DNA from: Candidatus Peribacteria bacterium
Lineage (GTDB): Bacteria; Patescibacteriota; Gracilibacteria; UBA1369; 2-02-FULL-48-14
Length of the DNA stretch: 64,000 nucleotides
Direction: 5' to 3'
NCBI GenBank assembly: GCA_943349825.1
Contig: CALQZQ010000001.1
Span: 34,157 to 98,156, forward strand
Shown here piece after piece: positions 61,704-64,000 of this stretch. The position numbers and the translations under genes were made by a program. The notes beneath the pieces were generated by a model. That model worked only from the letters and a program-made list of their open reading frames with translations. It had not been told where the DNA came from and did not search any database. The stretch's first letter is position 1. Each line of letters opens with the position of its first letter.

Positions 61704-62165
61704 ATGGCAGATGCCAACCCCAATCCGGCCGGTCAAGGCCAGAACCAACAACTTCAAGTGAAGGTTCCTGACGATGTACAAAAGGGCGTTTATTCCAACG
61801 CTGTTTCTGTGAACGTGAATACCAATGAAGTGGTGCTCGATTTTGGCTATCTCTTGCCAAACACCGCTGCTCCGATCATCGAAGTGGTGAGCCGCGTAAA
61901 CATGAATCAACGCACCGCGGAATCTTTCCTCGGAGTGCTTTCCGGCGCTATGGACGACTTCAAAAAGAAACAAGCCGCTCAAGCCCAAGCTCCTCAGGCT
62001 CCGATGGGTCCGGCTCCAATGGGTCCTCAGCCTATGGGACCCGCTCCAATGGGACCTCAAGCGATGGGTCCGGCTCCGATGGGTCCTCAGCCTATGGGAC
62101 CCGCTCCAATGGGACCTCAACCGATGGGTCCGGCGCCTATGGCACCTTACCCGACCAACGCCTAA
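61704..62165 (+). CDS. DUF3467-family protein with a pentapeptide-repeat tail
   Basis: GVYSN....EVVLDF...VVSRV; (PMGPA/PMGPQ)n tail. Confidence 0.8.
   Translation: MADANPNPAGQGQNQQLQVKVPDDVQKGVYSNAVSVNVNTNEVVLDFGYLLPNTAAPIIEVVSRVNMNQRTAESFLGVLSGAMDDFKKKQAAQAQAPQAPMGPAPMGPQPMGPAPMGPQAMGPAPMGPQPMGPAPMGPQPMGPAPMAPYPTNA
62001..62142 (+). repeat. 15-nt coding tandem repeat with a 60-nt higher-order unit
   Basis: About 9 copies of CCNATGGGNCCN(GCT/CAR); 62004-62063 and 62064-62123 differ at 2 positions. Confidence 0.9.
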
Positions 62166-62230
62166 GCGGCGCTCTCCTTTGACTCTCAGGGTTAAGTCTC
62201 CTAAAATAGCGGGGCTTAACCCTTTTTTAA

Positions 62231-63598
62231 ATGTCCGCCAAGCTGATGGAAGATGTGATGTCCCTCTGTAAACGTCGCGCTTTTGTGTATCCGGGCAGCG
62301 AAATCTACGGCGGATTGGCGAATACTTGGGATTACGGACCTTACGGTGTGCTCCTCAAAAAAAACATTCTGGATTTCTGGTGGAAGACCTTTGTGCAGGA
62401 TCGCGACGACATGGTGGGTATCGACAGCGCCATTTTGATGAATCCTCGCGTGTGGGAGGCCAGCGGCCATGTGGCGAACTTTGCGGATCCTTTGATGGAC
62501 TGCAAGAGCTGCCAAGAACGCGTGCGTGGAGATAAGATTTTGGAAGAACACCTCAAAACTACGATCGCCGGCCTTTCGAATGCGGAAATCTTTGCAAAAG
62601 TGATGGATGAAAAAATTCCGTGCCCCAAATGTGGCAAAGTGAACTGGACAGAGCCTCGTGCTTTCAACCTCATGTTCAAGACTTATCAGGGAGTGGTGGA
62701 GGACACGGCAGAACAGATCTACCTGCGTCCGGAAACGGCCCAGGGGATCTTTGTGAACTTCAAGAATATTTTGGATTCCACTCGCATGCGTTTGCCGTTT
62801 GGAGTGGGTCAGTACGGGAAATCTTTTCGCAATGAAATCACTCCGGGAAACTTCATTTTCCGCACTCGTGAATTTGAACAGATGGAAATTGAGTATTTTG
62901 TGCGACCGGAAGAAAAAGAAGCCCTTTTTGACCAATGGGTGGCGGATTATAAGACTTTCTTTGAAAAATTGGGTATTCCGAATGATAAATTGCGACTTCG
63001 TTTCCATGAAAAGGACGAATTGTCTCATTATTCCAGCAAAACCGTGGATTTTGAGTACGAATTTCCGTTTGGATGGGGAGAATTGATGGGAATTGCAGAC
63101 CGTGGGACTTTTGATCTCGATCAACACACCAAGTTTTCAGGTGAAAAACTCCAATATCGCGACCCTGTGACGAATGAACTTTTTGTTCCTCATGTGGTGG
63201 AACCGGCGCTCGGGCTCACTCGTACCTTCTTGATCACGCTGCTCAGCGCCTATGAAGAACAGAAGTTGGAAGGCGACGAAATGCGCACGGTGCTGCACTT
63301 CGCTCCTCAAATCGCTCCTGTGCAGGTGGCTGTGTTCCCGCTGCAAAAACAGCAAAGTGAAGAGGCTACGAAGCTTTACAAAGAACTGAAGCCTCTGTTC
63401 CGCGCTGAGTACGACGAAAGCGGGGCCATTGGGAAGCGTTATCGCCGCCAGGATGAGATTGGAACGCCCCTTTGCGTGACCATGGACTTCCAAACGGTTG
63501 AAGATGGCTGCGTGACGGTGCGTGAACGCGACAGCATGAAACAGGAACGGGTGAAGGTGGAGGAGCTCAAAACTTATCTGTTTTCAAAACTGATGTGA
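62231..63598 (+). CDS. glyQS: Glycine-tRNA ligase (alpha2 type)
   Basis: EIYGG..WDYGP, YLRPETAQG, FRNEITP..FIFRTREFEQME, IGKRYRRQDEIGTP. Confidence 0.96.
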   Translation: MSAKLMEDVMSLCKRRAFVYPGSEIYGGLANTWDYGPYGVLLKKNILDFWWKTFVQDRDDMVGIDSAILMNPRVWEASGHVANFADPLMDCKSCQERVRGDKILEEHLKTTIAGLSNAEIFAKVMDEKIPCPKCGKVNWTEPRAFNLMFKTYQGVVEDTAEQIYLRPETAQGIFVNFKNILDSTRMRLPFGVGQYGKSFRNEITPGNFIFRTREFEQMEIEYFVRPEEKEALFDQWVADYKTFFEKLGIPNDKLRLRFHEKDELSHYSSKTVDFEYEFPFGWGELMGIADRGTFDLDQHTKFSGEKLQYRDPVTNELFVPHVVEPALGLTRTFLITLLSAYEEQKLEGDEMRTVLHFAPQIAPVQVAVFPLQKQQSEEATKLYKELKPLFRAEYDESGAIGKRYRRQDEIGTPLCVTMDFQTVEDGCVTVRERDSMKQERVKVEELKTYLFSKLM

Positions 63599-63870
63599 AG
63601 AATCATTTAGAACAAGCTGTGGATGAGCTTTTGGTGAATGGTATGGCTCCTGACGAGGTGGAAGCTCTATTCAGAACGATGAGAAATGGAGTTTTAATGG
63701 ATCCAGGAGTCGGTAAAAGTGTTCGTCGTCAGACTATTCCCGACGGAGACCTGCGGTTTAGATTTATTGAACAGGCGGAAGGATGGCTAGAAACTTGGGA
63801 GCATCCAGAAGCATTGATTCCCCATGTACGCCATTTCGCCGTGCAGGTGGCCAATCTTTATCTGGCTTAG
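63595..63870 (+). CDS. Hypothetical protein
   Basis: 91-aa ORF with GTGA overlap on the glyQS stop. Confidence 0.5.
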   Translation: MKNHLEQAVDELLVNGMAPDEVEALFRTMRNGVLMDPGVGKSVRRQTIPDGDLRFRFIEQAEGWLETWEHPEALIPHVRHFAVQVANLYLA

Positions 63871-63945
63871 TGGGATTGGCCTATACAAAGCGTTGCCAGT
63901 GTAGCGTTTATATGCTATAATGATTTGATTTTAAAACAAAAAAAT

Positions 63946-64000
63946 ATGTCTCGTCTCAAAACCCTCGTCAACGGGAAGGCCGCTTCTGCACAGCAAAAGT
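63946..64000 (+). CDS. Start of a CDS truncated by the window edge
   Basis: TGCTATAAT extended -10, A-rich leader, ATG TCT CGT open to the end. Confidence 0.5.
   Translation, partial: MSRLKTLVNGKAASAQQK

Overview
The window comes from a streamlined Patescibacteria (CPR) chromosome, probably Peregrinibacteria-like. The 16S carries the CPR-type variant GGAATAGACGG, and TGA acts as a stop codon (code 11). It contains a type IV pilus cluster, housekeeping genes (ruvC, pyk, glmS, ruvA, tgt, rpmE, gyrA, gyrB, rpsU, prmC, prfA, tatD, radA, lgt, alr, clpP, glyQS), a solitary VirB4-like ATPase, several large surface/SLH proteins, three tRNAs, an unlinked 16S rRNA gene and a probable 6S RNA. The most striking unexplained structure is a set of four intergenic palindromic elements (37074-37379, 52902-53072, 58137-58407, 61502-61604). 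They are built from two hairpin motif families whose stems differ in sequence yet still pair, while the loop nucleotides are conserved. They occur as single arms or as two opposed arms inside a terminal inverted repeat, and three of the four sit exactly on stop codons. Other notable points: many apparently leaderless genes alongside an altered 16S 3' end; a kinase with a Tyr-kinase-like catalytic loop next to a degenerate RelA/SpoT-like protein; and several orphan genes with hidden catalytic motifs. All assignments come from reading motifs by eye; no searches or folding programs were run.
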